Shown in pieces: positions 1 to 14,677 of a stretch of 64,000 nt of DNA; position 1 is the stretch's first letter, and each line of letters starts with the position of its first letter. A program made the translations under genes and the position numbers. The notes beneath the pieces were generated by a model. That model saw only the letters and a program-made list of their open reading frames with translations. It was not told where the DNA came from and made no database searches. Source of the DNA: the human T2T-CHM13v2.0 reference genome, Homo sapiens; NCBI RefSeq assembly GCF_009914755.1, contig NC_060947.1; one strand, 5' to 3'.

Positions 1-23
1 CAGAGGAGAAAATGAGGGAAGTT

Positions 24-335
24 TACTGGGCACAGTAGCTCACTTTTCTGTAATCCTAGCACTCTGGGAGGCCAAGATGGGAGGATTGCTTGAGCTCAGG
101 AGTTCAAGGCCAGCCTGGGCAGTATGGTGAAACCCCCATCTCTACAAAAAATACAAAAAATTAGCTGGGCATGGTGGCACACACCTTTAGTCCTAGCTAC
201 TTAGAAGGCTGAGGTTAAAGGATCACCTAAGCTGGGGGAGGTTGAGGCTACAGTGAGCCATGATCACACCACTGCACTCTATCTGGGAGACACAGTGAGA
301 CCCTGTCTCAAAAATAAAATAGAAATAAAAATAAA
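24..335 (+). mobile_element. Alu, J-like, full length
   Basis: Dimeric Alu with A-rich linker and tail; 16-bp TSD agaaaatgagggaagt at 7-22 and 336-351. Confidence 0.95.
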
Positions 336-1269
336 AGAAAATGAGGGAAGTAGAGGCAGGTGATAGGAGGGATCATGAAAGGCAGGGGAAGGACTTTGTC
401 TACCTTCATATTTTACTCTGACTCTTCCCCCTCTTACTGACTTCCAGCACAGGCTGTGTCCCCTGTGCCTCTCCAAGAGCTTCCCAACCTCCATTTGCAC
501 ACCATTGTTCAGGGGCCTAGCTCTTTCCTCCAAGTTGCCTCCTACTACCTAGACACAGGCTGCATCATGCTGATTTACAGATTAGTCAGATGAAGACTCA
601 ACACCCACCTCCCCTCAGCCTTGGCAGCTTGCGTTGCCATGAGAGTGACAAGAAGGGTGGAAATACTTATTATCTACTTTATTTTATATTGAAGCCAATC
701 CTCCCAGGGCCTACACTATTCCTCTCCAGCAGAGGTAGGAACTTGGAGAGACTGCATGAACTTTTCAGGCCGCTAGGAGTATTTGGAAGGTAATAATTTA
801 CTAAAGTCAGCCCTTGATTCCTCCCGTGACTTATCCACTTTGCGGATTATCTGTGGGTAATGCTTTTCTCTAAGCTGGCCTCCCCTGCCTTCCAGTGAGT
901 TTCTGAGCTGTCTTTTTTCCCTGCTCCCACGACACCCTGTGGATATGTGCTTGAAGAATGCACACTTGAACATTTGCCTACGCAAAATGGAAATACAGAG
1001 GAAAATTGGGTGGAGGTGGGGCAATCCTCTAGTTCTTTCCTATGTCAGCCAGAAGTGATTTGGGGTGTTTAATTAAATCTGAAACTTCTGAGTGCATAGT
1101 ATGCACAAAGGTGCTAGGGTTGGTATCTGGGGAGGCAATAATTTTATTTTTTCTACTTGGTTCCTTTTTGTTCCTTGGGAGTCCCAGGGATAGAAGAGAG
1201 TAAATGTGAATGAAATGAAAATGTGATTGACCCAAAATGCAAATTATACATCATCATCATCATCACAAT

Positions 1270-1480
1270 GATACCTAACACTCACATAGCACTTATTATA
1301 TACCAGGCAGAGTTCACAGGGCTTTATATGCATGAACTTGCTTAATCATCACCACTCTGATTCGAGATAATATTAACCCTGTTTTAAAGGCAATGAAAAC
1401 GAAATACAGAGAGATCTAGTGACTTGCCTAAGATCATGCAACTGGTACCCAGGTAACATTCATCCAGGGTTCACAGCCTT
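1270..1480 (-). mobile_element. MIR SINE
   Basis: Degenerate reverse MIR core (gaaatacagagagatctagtgacttgcctaagatcatgcaact). Confidence 0.75.
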
Positions 1481-1516
1481 GATACTATTCTAAACTATTT
1501 CTCACTACACACATTC

Positions 1517-2067
1517 TGTTGTTTCATTTTTCCATTGTTACAGAACTACCCCCAAACTTAATAAGTTAAAGCTGCAACCATTTTATTTGTTCATGATTCT
1601 GTGAGTCAGAAATCTCATCACAGTCTGAATGGTTTGTCTGTGATGTCCGGAGCCTCAGCTGGGATGGCTCAGACAGTTGGGGCATGATCAAGATGGCTTG
1701 ACTGGGGGTCTCTGTCTGAAACCTCAGTTCTCACTGTCTACTGAGTTCCTAGATTGTCTTCCACATGGCCTTTTTGTAATGGCTGGTTTGGGCTTCCTCA
1801 CATCATGGTGGCCTCAGAGTAGTCAGACTTCTTCTCTGGTAGCTGGCTATCTCTGAGAGAAAGAGGAAGCCTCCAGGCCTTTTAAAATCTGGGCCTGGAA
1901 CTGGCACAGCATTACTTCAGCCATATTCCACTCGGCACAGTAAGACATGAGACCAGATCAAATGCAAGAGGAGAAAAATAGATTTCACTCCTTGATGAAT
2001 GGAGTGACATGCACACATATATACTGAAACAAGTTATTAATGGTGGCCATCTTTGGAGACTACCACA
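1517..2067 (-). mobile_element. MLT1-family (MaLR) solo LTR, old subfamily
   Basis: Reverse MLT1 motifs: cccaaactta...tcatgattctgtgagtcagaa, ggaactggcacagcattacttcagccatattc, terminal ggccatctttggagactaccaca. Confidence 0.7.
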
Positions 2068-3304
2068 CTATTTATATATAGAACATACATACCATTTATA
2101 TTATATTATATTATAAGTTAATATATTACTTCATATGTATGTGTGTGTGTATATAGATGTACACATACATATGAAGTGTATATAGATACACACACACGTT
2201 GATTTTTTTAATGTTGAAAATTGCAACTACATTGACCAACACCCTGCAACCACTGACCCCACTTAAAGATACTCAGTGAATTTTAAAATCCATTCCCAGG
2301 TCTGGATCCTGCTAAGTGTTTCAATGCCCCCTCCAGTATCTCAGCCAGGTCTCCTAGACCCCAATAACTTAGAAGACTATGATTCTAGGGTTGACACTGG
2401 CTGGGCCCTACATGCATGGAATTGCTTCTTTCTTCTGAGACTGTAACCAGGGGGTCCTCAAAAACAAAATTCTATCCCAAAGCAGTATCCCACTGGGGCT
2501 CAACCAGGGAACCCCAGACAGCTTGGCAGGTCCCATTGCCTTCAGCCATTGAAGACTGCAGCTGTGTGGTGGCAAGGGAGGAGAGTAGACCAAAGGACCT
2601 GAGGAAACCTGAATGGTAGTCTTGATTCAGCTTCTCTGCATGTGAATGGGAGGACATGAGAAGGAGGCACAACAGACATTTGGTCCTGAGTTATCATGTC
2701 ACCTCACTGCCTGTAGACCTCAAATGGGCATGAAAAAGGAGTGTTTGGTTATTTCCCCTCCCCCAGAGATGCTTTCATTATCTCCTCTTTACCCCTCCTC
2801 ATAAATGGCAGGGCCTTTGGCATAATGGCCATACTCCACTGCCATGCCCCGCCTCTTCTCACCTAAGCTAAGTCAGTTCCCTGTTATAGCCACTGATAGG
2901 TCATTCACTCATTCATTTTTTTCAATGTTTATTAAGGGCTACTATGTGTAAGGCACTGTTCTAGGCAATCGGGATACAACAGTGAACAAATTGGACCAAA
3001 ATACCTGCCCTTAGGGAGCTTACATTCTATAAAAAGGAAATACACAATAAACAAAATCTGCAAAATACACAGTACATTAGGTGGTAAATGCTATGGAGAA
3101 AAATAAAACAGTAAGAAGGGTAGAGGAACTGGGGTGGTTAGGGGATTACAATTTTAACTAGTGTGGACAGGGAAGTCCTCTCTGAGAAAGTGACATCTAA
3201 GCAAAGACCTGAAAGAGGCGAGGGGGGGAGTTATGTTGAGAATAGACTCTAGGAGGAAAAGGACAGAAGCAAGGAGAACAGTTAGGGGGTATAGGAGATT
3301 GGAT

Positions 3305-3740
3305 TATTGTTCTCAAGTTTTCACTCCCTTCCTGTTATAGAATTTTATATGCATACCCTCGTCATGCGACTTTGCAGTACTTCCTGCGAGAGCAAGCAGA
3401 GTATATTTTGCCACCACATTGATGCTGAACATTACCATGTAACTTGCTATGTCCAATGGAATGTCAGTGGATATGGCACTAGCAGAGATTGTAAATGTAT
3501 TTGTATTATTTACCTGGCCTTTGTGCACCTGCCATCTTCTGTGAGAAGAACATGACCCAGTTGGCTGCTATTCCAGAATGAAGAGATACATAGAAAGGAC
3601 ACAAACCCAACACTCAGCCTGAAGCCAAACCATCCCAGTTGACCCCAGATCATTGAGCAAGCAAAATGAATGTTTGTTGCAAGCAATTGACATTTCAGGT
3701 TGTTTGGCAATGTCATCATAGCAATAGCTGACAGATAGAG
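3305..3740 (+). mobile_element. MLT1H/I/J-like LTR
   Basis: ccatgtaacttgctatgtccaatggaatgtcagtgg and terminal atagcaatagctgacagata. Confidence 0.7.
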
Positions 3741-3902
3741 GAGGTCATGCAATAATCAGGCCAAGAGATAATGTTTTAGACCAAGGTGATAGCAGTGGAG
3801 ATGATTACAAAATGATCAGACTCTGGGTATATGCTAAAGGCAGAACTAACTGGATTTGCTGATGGATTGAATGTGGAATATGGAGGGAGGGTGGGAACTT
3901 TC

Positions 3903-4506
3903 TCTTTTTTTTATTATACTTTAAGTTTTAGGGTACATGTGCACAACATGCAGGTTTGTTACATATGTATACATGTGCCACGTTGGAGTGCTGCACCCAT
4001 TAACTCGTCATTTACATTAGGTATATCTCCTAATGCTATCCCTTCCCCTCCCCCCACCCCACAACAGGCCCCGGTGTGTGATGTTCCCCTTCCTGTGTTC
4101 AAGTGTTCTCATTGTTCAATTCCCACCTATGAGTGAGAACATGCGGTGTTTGGTTTTTTGTCCTTGCGATAGTTTGCTGAGAATGATGGTTTCCAGCTTC
4201 ATCCATGTCCCTACAAAGGACATGAACTCATCCTTTTATGGCTGCATAGTATTCCATGGTTTATATGTGCCACATTTTCTTAATCCAGTCTATCATCGAT
4301 GAACATTTGGGTTGGTTCCAAGTCTTTGCTATTGTGAATAGTGCTGCAATAAACATACATGTGCATGTGTCTTTATAGCAGCATGATTTATAATCCTTTG
4401 GATATAGACCCAGTAATGGGATGCCTGGGTCAAATGGTATTTCTAGTTCTAGTTCCTTGAGGAATTGCCACACAGTCTTCCACAATGGTTGAACTAGTTT
4501 AGAGTT
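3903..4506 (-). mobile_element. 5'-truncated L1PA (L1PA3-5-like), ~600 bp
   Basis: Reverse L1PA 3'UTR (ttattatactttaagttttagggtacatgtgcac); ORF2 C-terminal peptide QPLWKTVWQFLKELELEIPFDP; perfect 16-bp TSD gagggtgggaactttc at 3887-3902 and 4507-4522. Confidence 0.97.
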
Positions 4507-5139
4507 GAGGGTGGGAACTTTCAAGGACAACTCAATCGTTTTTGGCTTGAGCAACTGGAAGGAGTTGCCATGCAATGAAATGGAAAAGGCTGAAGATGGG
4601 GCAGTTTAGGGGGAGGAGAAATATAAAAATTCAGCTTGGGCATGCCTCTTAGATACCTCACAGTTCAGTGTTTCTCCCAGACTGTCCTGGCTTATAGACT
4701 TTGATAGCTCCAATTGCCTGATTTGTTTGTAAAAGCTCCAAAGCCCCTACCCCAGGTTGACCCAGCCCTCTGTTTCCTCACCTAATGGTGGCTTTGAAAC
4801 CTCTATTTTGAAGAAGCTTAAAGAAAGGAATCTGGAAGGAGACCAGGCAACTCTTCTTGCTGCCTTTGCATAAAAAGCACATAGTTTTCACTTGGATTGT
4901 GTGTTACAAAACAATAAAAAGAGTAATTTTGTAAAAGATGCTTTTATTTACACACTACGTAAGATTGACAAAATATCAATTTTCTATACCACATTATACA
5001 AACCAGGAAAAAGATCTTATGGCCAATCTCACAGCACACATTAGAACAAAGCTTCCCAATAGCCAAGGGCCACAGGGCACCATTAATAGGAAGATCTATT
5101 TTGTTCCAGGAACTGTGCGAGGTGCTGAAAATGGAAAGG

Positions 5140-5522
5140 TGTAGCAGATTGTATTACTGTTTAAATTTTTCATCACCCATCCCTGAGGGTGCATTATATA
5201 TCCTCACTCCACTAAACTCTAGAATTGCCACATGACATACTTTGGCCTATGAAATGTGAGCATGTGAGTGGAAGTGACTATGTCACTTCCAAGCAGACAC
5301 TTTCAGAGCCATAGAGTAATAATAACACTATGATCTGTCTTCTCTCTGCAGTGAGAACGCTAATATCCCAGACACTATTCTGTGAACCCAGGTCCCAGAG
5401 TGAAGACACAGAACAGAGCCATAACCAACCCACAGCCACCATGTAATATGAGCAAGAAATACATCTTTGTTTTGGGGATCATTTGTTACTGCCGCATAAC
5501 TTAGGCTAAACTGACTGCTCCA
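5140..5522 (+). mobile_element. MLT1J-like LTR
   Basis: ccacatgacatactttggcctatgaaatgtgag...gtcacttccaagcag...atttgttactgccgcataac. Confidence 0.7.
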
Positions 5523-7754
5523 AGTTGTATATGAGATAGATGTGGTCATTGCTTTCATGGAACTTGCAATTCAATGGAGGAAGCAGTAGATAAGTATGAA
5601 AACTGAGAGAGAGAGGAAATTATTGCAGGAAATAGTATGTAGTGAAAGTAATTAACTCTGTTTTTATGTATGTGTGTTACCTACTTTATATAGGTGGTCA
5701 GGTAAGGTAGGCTGCAGACCCTTGACCCATAGAACAAAAAGCTAACACTTCCACTCTCTTCTCTTCTCCGTTTTTTCCCTTTTCCTCTTTTCTTATCATC
5801 TCCCGCCATCAAGTCTCTCTATCTCACCATTTCCTTTCCCTTCCTCTCCATTATTCCTTCTCCAGATTCTAGCTTTCTTTTCTTCCAGCTCTCTGCATTT
5901 GTGTATATATGTAAATGTGCACATATGTGTACATTGACATGCACTTGCACACATGTACACACACACACAGAGGTAGTGCTTCTATGACTGAACTTGATAA
6001 CCACAACCCTGGGAGCCCTGCTTATCCTACCAGAATTGCTGCACTGTTTTAATTACAGCCATTATTCACAACACCTCGCACATTTTCTGTCTTGTTGACA
6101 GTATTTGGGAAGCAGCAGCTGCTCCCTTACTTTCACATTTATTGCCACTGTTTTGCCTTGGAAAAGAATATTAAATATCACAGTTAAATACAAATCTTCT
6201 TAAAGATCAAGACAGCTTCTGCTCTTAGCCATTCAGATTTCACTTCTCTCACTCAGCTGAGCTCCACTGAACACTTTCAGATTGGCTCCTCTGCTTGAGT
6301 TATTACAAAATGTCTGGCTTTGATTTGATTCCAATCCCCTTCAAACTCTCAACATCTCTGCTGCTTCTGCTGCTGCCTTCCTCCCTTGTTTCCTTCTGTC
6401 CGTCTCAAGACAGCTTACATTTCCCAGGCCAACCCTCTATGACTCCATTCATGCATTCCACATGGTTTTTATGGACTCTGGGGAAATCCCAGCCATCCAC
6501 CTTAGCACATTGCTCTTGAAATGACACAAAATAAGTGCATTCCTTCATCTTAAGGCTTTTAGGCCAGTGGTTTGTACTTTTCTTTTTTTTTAATACTGTG
6601 GACTCATTAACTATGTTATCAGATCTGTGACCACTCTCCCATATACTCACAACATTTTGTGTTTATTATCAGAGGATTCTTGGAGTTCTTAAAGTCCATT
6701 TCTGCACCACCTCTCTAAGGATACAGGCATCCCAGTTGAGGTTAGCTGATGAGAACACCAGCCTCCTGGGAAAGGGTCAGTATCCATCAGTGGAAATGAG
6801 TATAATAGATTCATTTTAGAGGTTTTAACGAAGAGGGTAATATGAGGATGCAAGCAAACTTGGGTGACTTAAAACGGTTGCCTAACTCCAATTCTGCCTT
6901 TGCCCCACTTTGCCTTCTACAGTCCAATCTGTGCTCAGGCTGTTTCTTCACTATGACTTTCTCTCAACGGATCTGATGTGCAAGGGCATCTTTCCAAAGT
7001 ACACAAGATGAAACACCAGGCCTGAGCTTTCTCTGCATGTTTTGAAGCTCCAGGCCAGTTGTCAAGGCTGGTCCAAGCACCAGCATTTTCCCTGCGTCCC
7101 TTCTTATAATTTCTGCATGTGCTTTCAACCCAAACGTAGCCTTAAGGTGTGACAAGGATGACATTAGACACTGTCCTCTCAAGTTTAACCTCTGAGTACT
7201 TAATAACACTTAATGTCGGACCCATCCTGGCCAGTGTTGGAAGCTGCTGATTTTTCTCCATGACTGGTGATCTCTGACAAAAGGAAAAAATGTAATGCAG
7301 ATGGGATGTGGTATGTTTCCTGCTCCAGAAGGCATCCTAGGGCTTCCCTTGATTTTCAGAAATAAACAGGCAGATCTGGGATAAAAGGGTGGATATACAG
7401 AATTGCAGCCAAGAGGCTGTGCTGAATGAAGAAAATGGAGGAGTTCCTTTATGGGCCTCCACAAATGCAAATGAGATATTGGGGAGCATGAATATTGAGA
7501 CCAATTGGCTGAAAATAGGAGGCTGTGGTGGAAAGGGCAGGGGATTTGGAGGGCTCCCAGCCCACTATTAGTTCTGTGACCTTGGGAAAGCCTCTCAGCT
7601 TCTTTCCCACCCTGAGACTCATTTTCCTGAATGTCAGAATCTAGAAGACCAACGGATCCCTATACCTATGTCATGCATGTGCTTCCTGAATCTTCTCACT
7701 CAATCAAGCAAGTGGGGCCTGGTTCATAACCCTTCTTTTCCTTAGGAAGGTCAG

Positions 7755-7990
7755 GATGAAGTGATGAAGAGCACAGGATCAGGAAGCAAGCTGCCTGGCT
7801 TTCCCACCCCTATCTGTAGAACTTCAGGCAAATCCCTTAACCTTTCTGAGTCTCAGTTTCCTCATCTGTAATATAGGGATGGGTGTATCTCCTCATTAGG
7901 TTGTCGTGCAACTTAAATGAAATAATGTAGCTTAAGTGTTCAGTTCGGTTCGTGGCATCTGGTAATCAATCAATTTGTACTAGCCATGAT
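7755..7990 (+). mobile_element. MIR SINE
   Basis: ggcaaatcccttaaccttttctgagtctcagtttcctcatctgtaatatagggat-type core. Confidence 0.85.
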
Positions 7991-9094
7991 GGTTATTCTC
8001 TGAAAATAACCACTTTTATGTATAAAAGTGGACATCCTCAGTAGCCATGCCTACACTAAGTGACTCTGCTCTCCAATCATAGCTGAATAAGTCTGGGATA
8101 GCTCCTTGGCTCAGATTGGGCAATTGAATTCTCTCTTCAGGAAACATGAACTTTGGATGAATCAAGGCAGAGAGAACAAGCTGTTAGAGTTGAGTCATTT
8201 TCATGGCAACACTCTGGAACAGAAGCTGCAGACATGTTTTGTTTGGTCTTTTCCGTGTTTTGTTTTTTGGTTTTTAAAAATTTGAATTCATAGTCATTAT
8301 TTAAAACCTCAGGGAATGTCATATAATAATCTACAATTCTGGCCTTACTGGATCTGTTAACACTGGGCCAAATTCCTGTATGGCAACAATTGGCTAGAGG
8401 AAAGTAGGCTCAGCATAGCCTGCTTCACCCCTGCTGGATCCCCAGAGTTTAGGATCCCTGCTCCTCAAGGCTGTGCTGGTTTCTGCTATTCCCTGGCCTT
8501 GACTGTTTCACTCTTCCTTTGGTTCTAGGAGATAACCCAGGATCCCGCAAAGCAATCCTCTCAACACTTTTTACTTCTCTCAGCTACCTAAAGTGTCTAC
8601 AATTTCCATGACTCACAGCCAAAAGATATAAAGGATACGGAATGACTGGACTCCCATGGTAGATCCGCCACATTAGCTCTCAGTGTGACTGGCTCAAAAG
8701 AGCCAGTAAATTCCATGAAGCATCCTTCAGAAATGCTGTTTTACTTCTCTGATCGTCAAGGATTATAATAATAAAATTTCTATATATGGAGTTTATATAT
8801 ACAAATATCTAAGAGGACATGTGTTCTTACCTAATGTTCTTAGACAGATCCAAATTCAAACACTTCATTCTATTAGTCCCCAAATTACAGTTGCACTTTT
8901 CAGATCACGCGTTCTAGTCTGGGAGTTGAAAAACATACTCATTATCTACTTCAAATCCTAATTTTTAAAAATCATTTGAAGTAGCTCTGAAATATTAGAA
9001 GGCATAATAAGACCACTTGAAATAAATTCTAAAACATTTTAAAGATCTATTTAAAAGTGGTTTTCAATAGATATCTTCTTGGACATGCATAATA

Positions 9095-9440
9095 TTATGT
9101 TCTTTCTGCCTAGAATGCTCTTCTGCTATTCTCTACCTGCAAAAATCCTACTCAGGCTTCAAGGTTTATCTCAAAAGTTGCCTCATCAATAAAATTTCTC
9201 CCACTCAGGAAGTGTATTTACTTCCAACAGTGTGCTCCCATAACCCTTTGTACATACATGTATTACATTACTTATCACATGGTATTACAAATATTGGTTT
9301 ACTTATCTGTCTCCTGCACTTGACTGTCAGCTCCTTGACGGCAAACTTCATGTCTTAGTCATTTTTTAATCCCCAGCTCTTAACTCACAGTAAATGCATC
9401 ACCATTGCTTGCTGTATGGATGTTTGTTGTGGAATTAATT
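9095..9440 (+). mobile_element. L2 3' end
   Basis: ctgcctagaatgctctt...atcctactcaggcttcaagg...cttgactgtcagctccttgacggca. Confidence 0.7.
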
Positions 9441-10284
9441 GAAGTTAGACTAAAAAACATTTCTGACAAAGTTGTTTTCATAAGGGTTTCATGGAGGTGA
9501 TGAACATGGATTAAAAATACTGAATGATGATGAATAGTAAAATATTTGGTGTCACCTAGACATGAAAAGCAAATGGCTTATATCACAAATAATGAGTATT
9601 TTTTTGCACCGTGAAGATATATTAAGAAAAATAACATAGCTATTAGGAAGAGATAGAAAAATGTTATCATATCAAAAATAACTATTTCCAAAGTAGAGAC
9701 TCTTATAAGCAATGTTAAATATTTAAACATTATTTTCTATGGAAAATTACAGTGCCTTCAATTGAGGGTGACTGGTTAACAAAGTTACAGTATAGGCAAC
9801 TATACTAAAGGAGGCCAGTGTATGAAAATAAATCATTGATCAGAAATAGAAGCCAGATTGAAACCAAGAATAGAGGTTTTAGGAATAGCTTCAGATTGGG
9901 AAAACTTAGCCTAGAGAAAGAATGAAGATAAGGATAGTCTAAGACAACCAGAGTGGAATCCTCTTTTCTGGAGGCTGGAAAGTAAAAACTACAACCCCAA
10001 ATAACTCTATAAATGGAAACCAATTGAATAAACCAGTTGAAGCTCCATGAGAGACATCTATGAGGAACTAGAGACTTTATAATTGGTCTTCCGTGGATCC
10101 TCAGTGCCCAGGACAATGTTAGGAGAAACTGAACACATCAAGATTTTTTTAAAAAGTGAGAAGTCAGAAAATAAATCGGGAATATATTAAGCTGTGCTAT
10201 ACAACAGGTAAAGGAATAATAAAACCTTATACCTGATTATTTATTTGTCCAGGTTGTAGCCCAAAATAGCATACCTAAAGCCTT

Positions 10285-10502
10285 GTGAATGAGCCATCTT
10301 CTAAGCAGATCCTCAAGCCCCAATCAAGCTTTCAAATGACTACAGTCTCAGTCAACAGCTTGCCTACAACCTCATGTAAGATCCTAAAGTCAAAATTACC
10401 CAGCTAAGCCATTTCTCACCCACAGAAACTAAAATAATAAATGTTGCTTCAAGCCACTAAGTTTTGGGATAATTTGTTACACATCAATTGATAGCTAATA
10501 CA
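10285..10502 (+). mobile_element. MLT1E/F/G-like LTR 3' half
   Basis: cccagctaagcc...aagccactaagttttgggataatttgttacac...gctaataca terminus. Confidence 0.8.
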
Positions 10503-11366
10503 AGGTACATAAGTGCTATGCAAAAGGAAATACAGAGTGCCCTGAAAACATATAGCACAGGATCTTAATCCAGTTTAGAGAATCAAATCTGTTCTTACTG
10601 AGGAGCCAGTTAAACTGAGACTTAAACAGAAAGGGGGAATTAGCCAGGATATAGGGCTTGATAGAAAAGGAAAAGTATCCTGGGCACAGAGAAACTTATG
10701 TGTGAAGGCAGAGAGGAGAAAGTAAGCATGTTGTTTCACTCTAATGGGAGTGAAGAAAAATCTAGAATCAAGAAGATCAGTTAGAGGAGAGCTACAGTCA
10801 TTCAAATGTAAGAAGGTAGTGACTTGAAATAGAGGAGTGGTAAGAAGTGAATGGATTTGAAAGTTATTTGGGAAGTAGAATCAATAAAGCTTGCCTACCA
10901 GGAGATTTGTTGGCAATAAATTATAGGAACTCTCTTCTGATAATGATTTTCTCCTTGAAGTGGAGGTTCAGATAGGGATGGGAGAGGTAGGGAGTTGAGT
11001 ATTTTGAAGAATATGGAGAAGGTTTGCAATAGCTGGAGTTGTGAGTGAGAGAATGCTGACAAAGGAAACATATTAGGATTGTTAGACAGCACTGAGGACC
11101 CAGTTCAGTTTGGAGACTACAAATTTATGGAAACACCAATGTGCACAGATATTTGATTTTCTCTATCTATATTTGACAGCCCAGATGCAAGAACAAGGAA
11201 GAAGTTTACTTAAATTCACTTAAGGTTGGTAGTTTTGCCTGGGCAGGTAACTCAGAAAACAGTGGAGCAAGTATTTGAGGGTACTTGAGTATGGTTGAAG
11301 TGAGGAACAATAGTATATATGCTGAGTAGGGAAGGAAATGACAGAAAAGAAGCTTATAGATTGAGA

Positions 11367-11816
11367 TATGGTGGACACTGTGGTGCGTTACCCAGATTGC
11401 CTTTTAGGGGAGGACTTATTGTTCCAGTTGCTGAATATACTGTCACAGGTTGCCTTCAGCTGCGCTGCTGGGCCCTTCAGGGATTGCTTCATAGCTGCAG
11501 AGCTGCCTTACTCAAAGTCACACCTCTTACCCAATGACCCACATCCAGTGACTGATATAGAGGTATGAAGACTTGGCCATCTTGGCCCAACTCAGAACAA
11601 CACTTAAGGGCTATTGTAGCTTTAGCACTTCCCTGTGAGGTTGGCCAAGGCTGTCACTAGGCCTGCATTGCATCCCAACTTCTTCCCAATTCTGCTTTCT
11701 TCCCCTCCTTTCCACAGATATTAATACCAAGTGCACACAGGATGTTTAGCTCATAAATATCCTGCATACTAAACTCCCTCTGAGAGTTTGCTTCCTGGGA
11801 AAATCAGCTTGTGACA
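11367..11816 (+). mobile_element. LTR16A-like (ERVL) solo LTR
   Basis: ctgtggtgcgttacccagat start, ggccatcttggcccaactcagaacaac, ataaatatcctgcatactaa...gcttcctggga...tgtgaca end. Confidence 0.8.
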
Positions 11817-12034
11817 GGGTATATATGGACTGGGAGTCCCAGTAAAGTTGAAGGACTTGGATATTGGGAGTAACTGAGTGAGCTGGAAAGATGGAAGGGT
11901 GTGATCACAATGTGAAATGTCTTAATTTACAATTTTAGAGCTGGCGCAATTCTGGATGAGACAAAGGCAACGTCACATGGACGTTGGGGTCACCAATAAC
12001 TCCCTCATTCAACAGGTATTTATTGAGGGTTAAC

Positions 12035-12579
12035 TGTATTAGCTATTTCTGTGCAACAAATTACCTCAAAATCTAGAAGCATAAAACAAGAAACATTGAC
12101 TATCTCTCAGTGTCTGTGGGTCAGGAATCTGTATGTGGCTTCTTAGGTGGTTGTCTGTGTCTCAGCAACTCTGCAATCAAGTTTTTGACCAGGGCTATAT
12201 CTCAAAGCTTGACTGAGGAAGGATGCACTTCCAATCTACTTCCAAACTCACTCACATGGTTGCTGGCAGGCCTCAGTGTCTCTCTGGCTGTTGACCAGAG
12301 ACACCAGTTCCTTGCTGTGCGGGCCTTTCCATGGAACAGCTCACAACATGGCAGTTAGCTTCCTTCAGAGTGAGTCAACAAAAGAGTTAGAGAAGACATT
12401 CAAGATGGAAACCACAGTCTTTCCAACAATTTCTGAAGTGACATCCATCACCTCTCCTAATTCTATTTGTTAGAAGCGAGTCAGAGTCCAGCACACACTC
12501 ATGGAGAGGGGATTATACAAGGACATAAATAACAGGAGGCAGGGATAATTAGGAGCCATCATAGAGGCTGCCTGACACA
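12035..12579 (-). mobile_element. MLT1F-like LTR inserted into an L2 3' end
   Basis: tgtattagctat...tctgtgggtcaggaat...gaggctgcctgacaca; the L2 motif tatttattgag...cctactctgtgcagggc is split by it. Confidence 0.8.
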
Positions 12580-12748
12580 CCTACTCTGTGCAGGGCATTA
12601 TTCTAGGTGCTAGGGAGATAGCAGTGAGCAAGACAGACAAAAGCCTTTTTTCTTAGTACATTAAAGTTGGGGGAGATAGATGATAAACAAGTAAACAGGC
12701 AGGATCATTTAATATTTTATGTGCCATGAAAATAATAAAATAGGATAA

Positions 12749-13231
<483 letters not shown>

Positions 13232-13717
13232 TGAGAAGGCAGTTATCCGAGCAAAAATTTGGAAGAAAAATTTTCCAGGTGGTGGGAATGAGCTTGGTAA
13301 GTTCAGGGACTCACAGGTTGTCCAATGTGGCTAGAGCAGAGTGAGAGAACCCAAGAACTCTAGAAGGGAGACCAGAGGTGAGAGCCAGATCACACAGGGC
13401 CTTGTAATCTACACATGAAGAGGAATATGTACTTTATCCCAAGAGCAATGGGAAAGTCATTGGAGGGTTTTAAGGAGATGAGTGACATGATCTAATTTAT
13501 GTTTTTAAAATATTACTTTGCCTGTTGAAGGGAGAATGTAGACTGAGTTTTCAAAGTGTTGAGTAGAAATCTAGAAAAATGGCAGGACTTGGGATAGAGC
13601 AGAAGGCAGACAGGCATGTGCCTATGTATTCATTGAATGATGGAGATTTCAGCAGATGACCACAACACACAGGGAAAATAATGATTTTGTTGGCTGGAAG
13701 GAGCTTCAAAGGAGTAG

Positions 13718-14038
<321 letters not shown>

Positions 14039-14677
14039 AGAGTAGAGATTTTAATGTGAATGTGGACAAATAGTGATCTGGAAGCAGCACCAGGGAGCAA
14101 AGAGGACACCTGCTTTACTTCTTCACTTATAAATTGGTAAATAGTGAGGGAATGAGCTGCCTCCATTAGAAAGGCCTTCTTGGGAAGCCAGATTTCAGTA
14201 AAAGCATCAGAAGTAAAGAACATTTGGAGAAATCAATGCCCGATCTCTCCATATCAGAGTGGGGAGCCCCCTTGTTATCTGACATCACCGATCCATAGTA
14301 AAGATCATCAGAGTCTTTCTCTGATTTAGAGTACCCTCATATAATTTGATGCAGAAAGAAAGAGACACTATAAATTCTGAGAGTCTGGTGTGAGTGTTAG
14401 CAAGATAAGCTGCTTTTCTAAATTAATTTAGGCTTTAGGCTTCAGCCTTTGAAATTCTAATTGGGTTATTAGCCGGCCATTCTTCACAAAACTTCAACTG
14501 CCCTTCATCCTTCAACATACGGCTTCCCTTTAAATGTCCAAGCTAGGGCAGCCTGCTTAGTAAAACATTATTTTCTGGCCTACTACAGTAATGACTAGAG
14601 AAATAGAAGGCTGAGCTGGAAATAAGCAGTCCAAGGACTGGATATGGCCCTTGAGGTTGGTTACTGTTACCCTAGCC

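Larger units (their letters stand above)
2900..4650 (-). mobile_element. L2 LINE 3' region, interrupted by MLT1 and L1PA
   Basis: tcattcactcattcatt...tttattaagggctactatgtgtaaggcactgttctagg is the reverse L2 3' end; L2 sequence resumes at about 3745 and 4523. Confidence 0.8.

Noticed and set aside
8040-8630. Possible LTR16/LTR33-like element with nested hAT fragment
   Set aside because: Too degenerate to name from sequence alone; similar uncertainty at 26130-26460, 38050-38330 and 38710-39120
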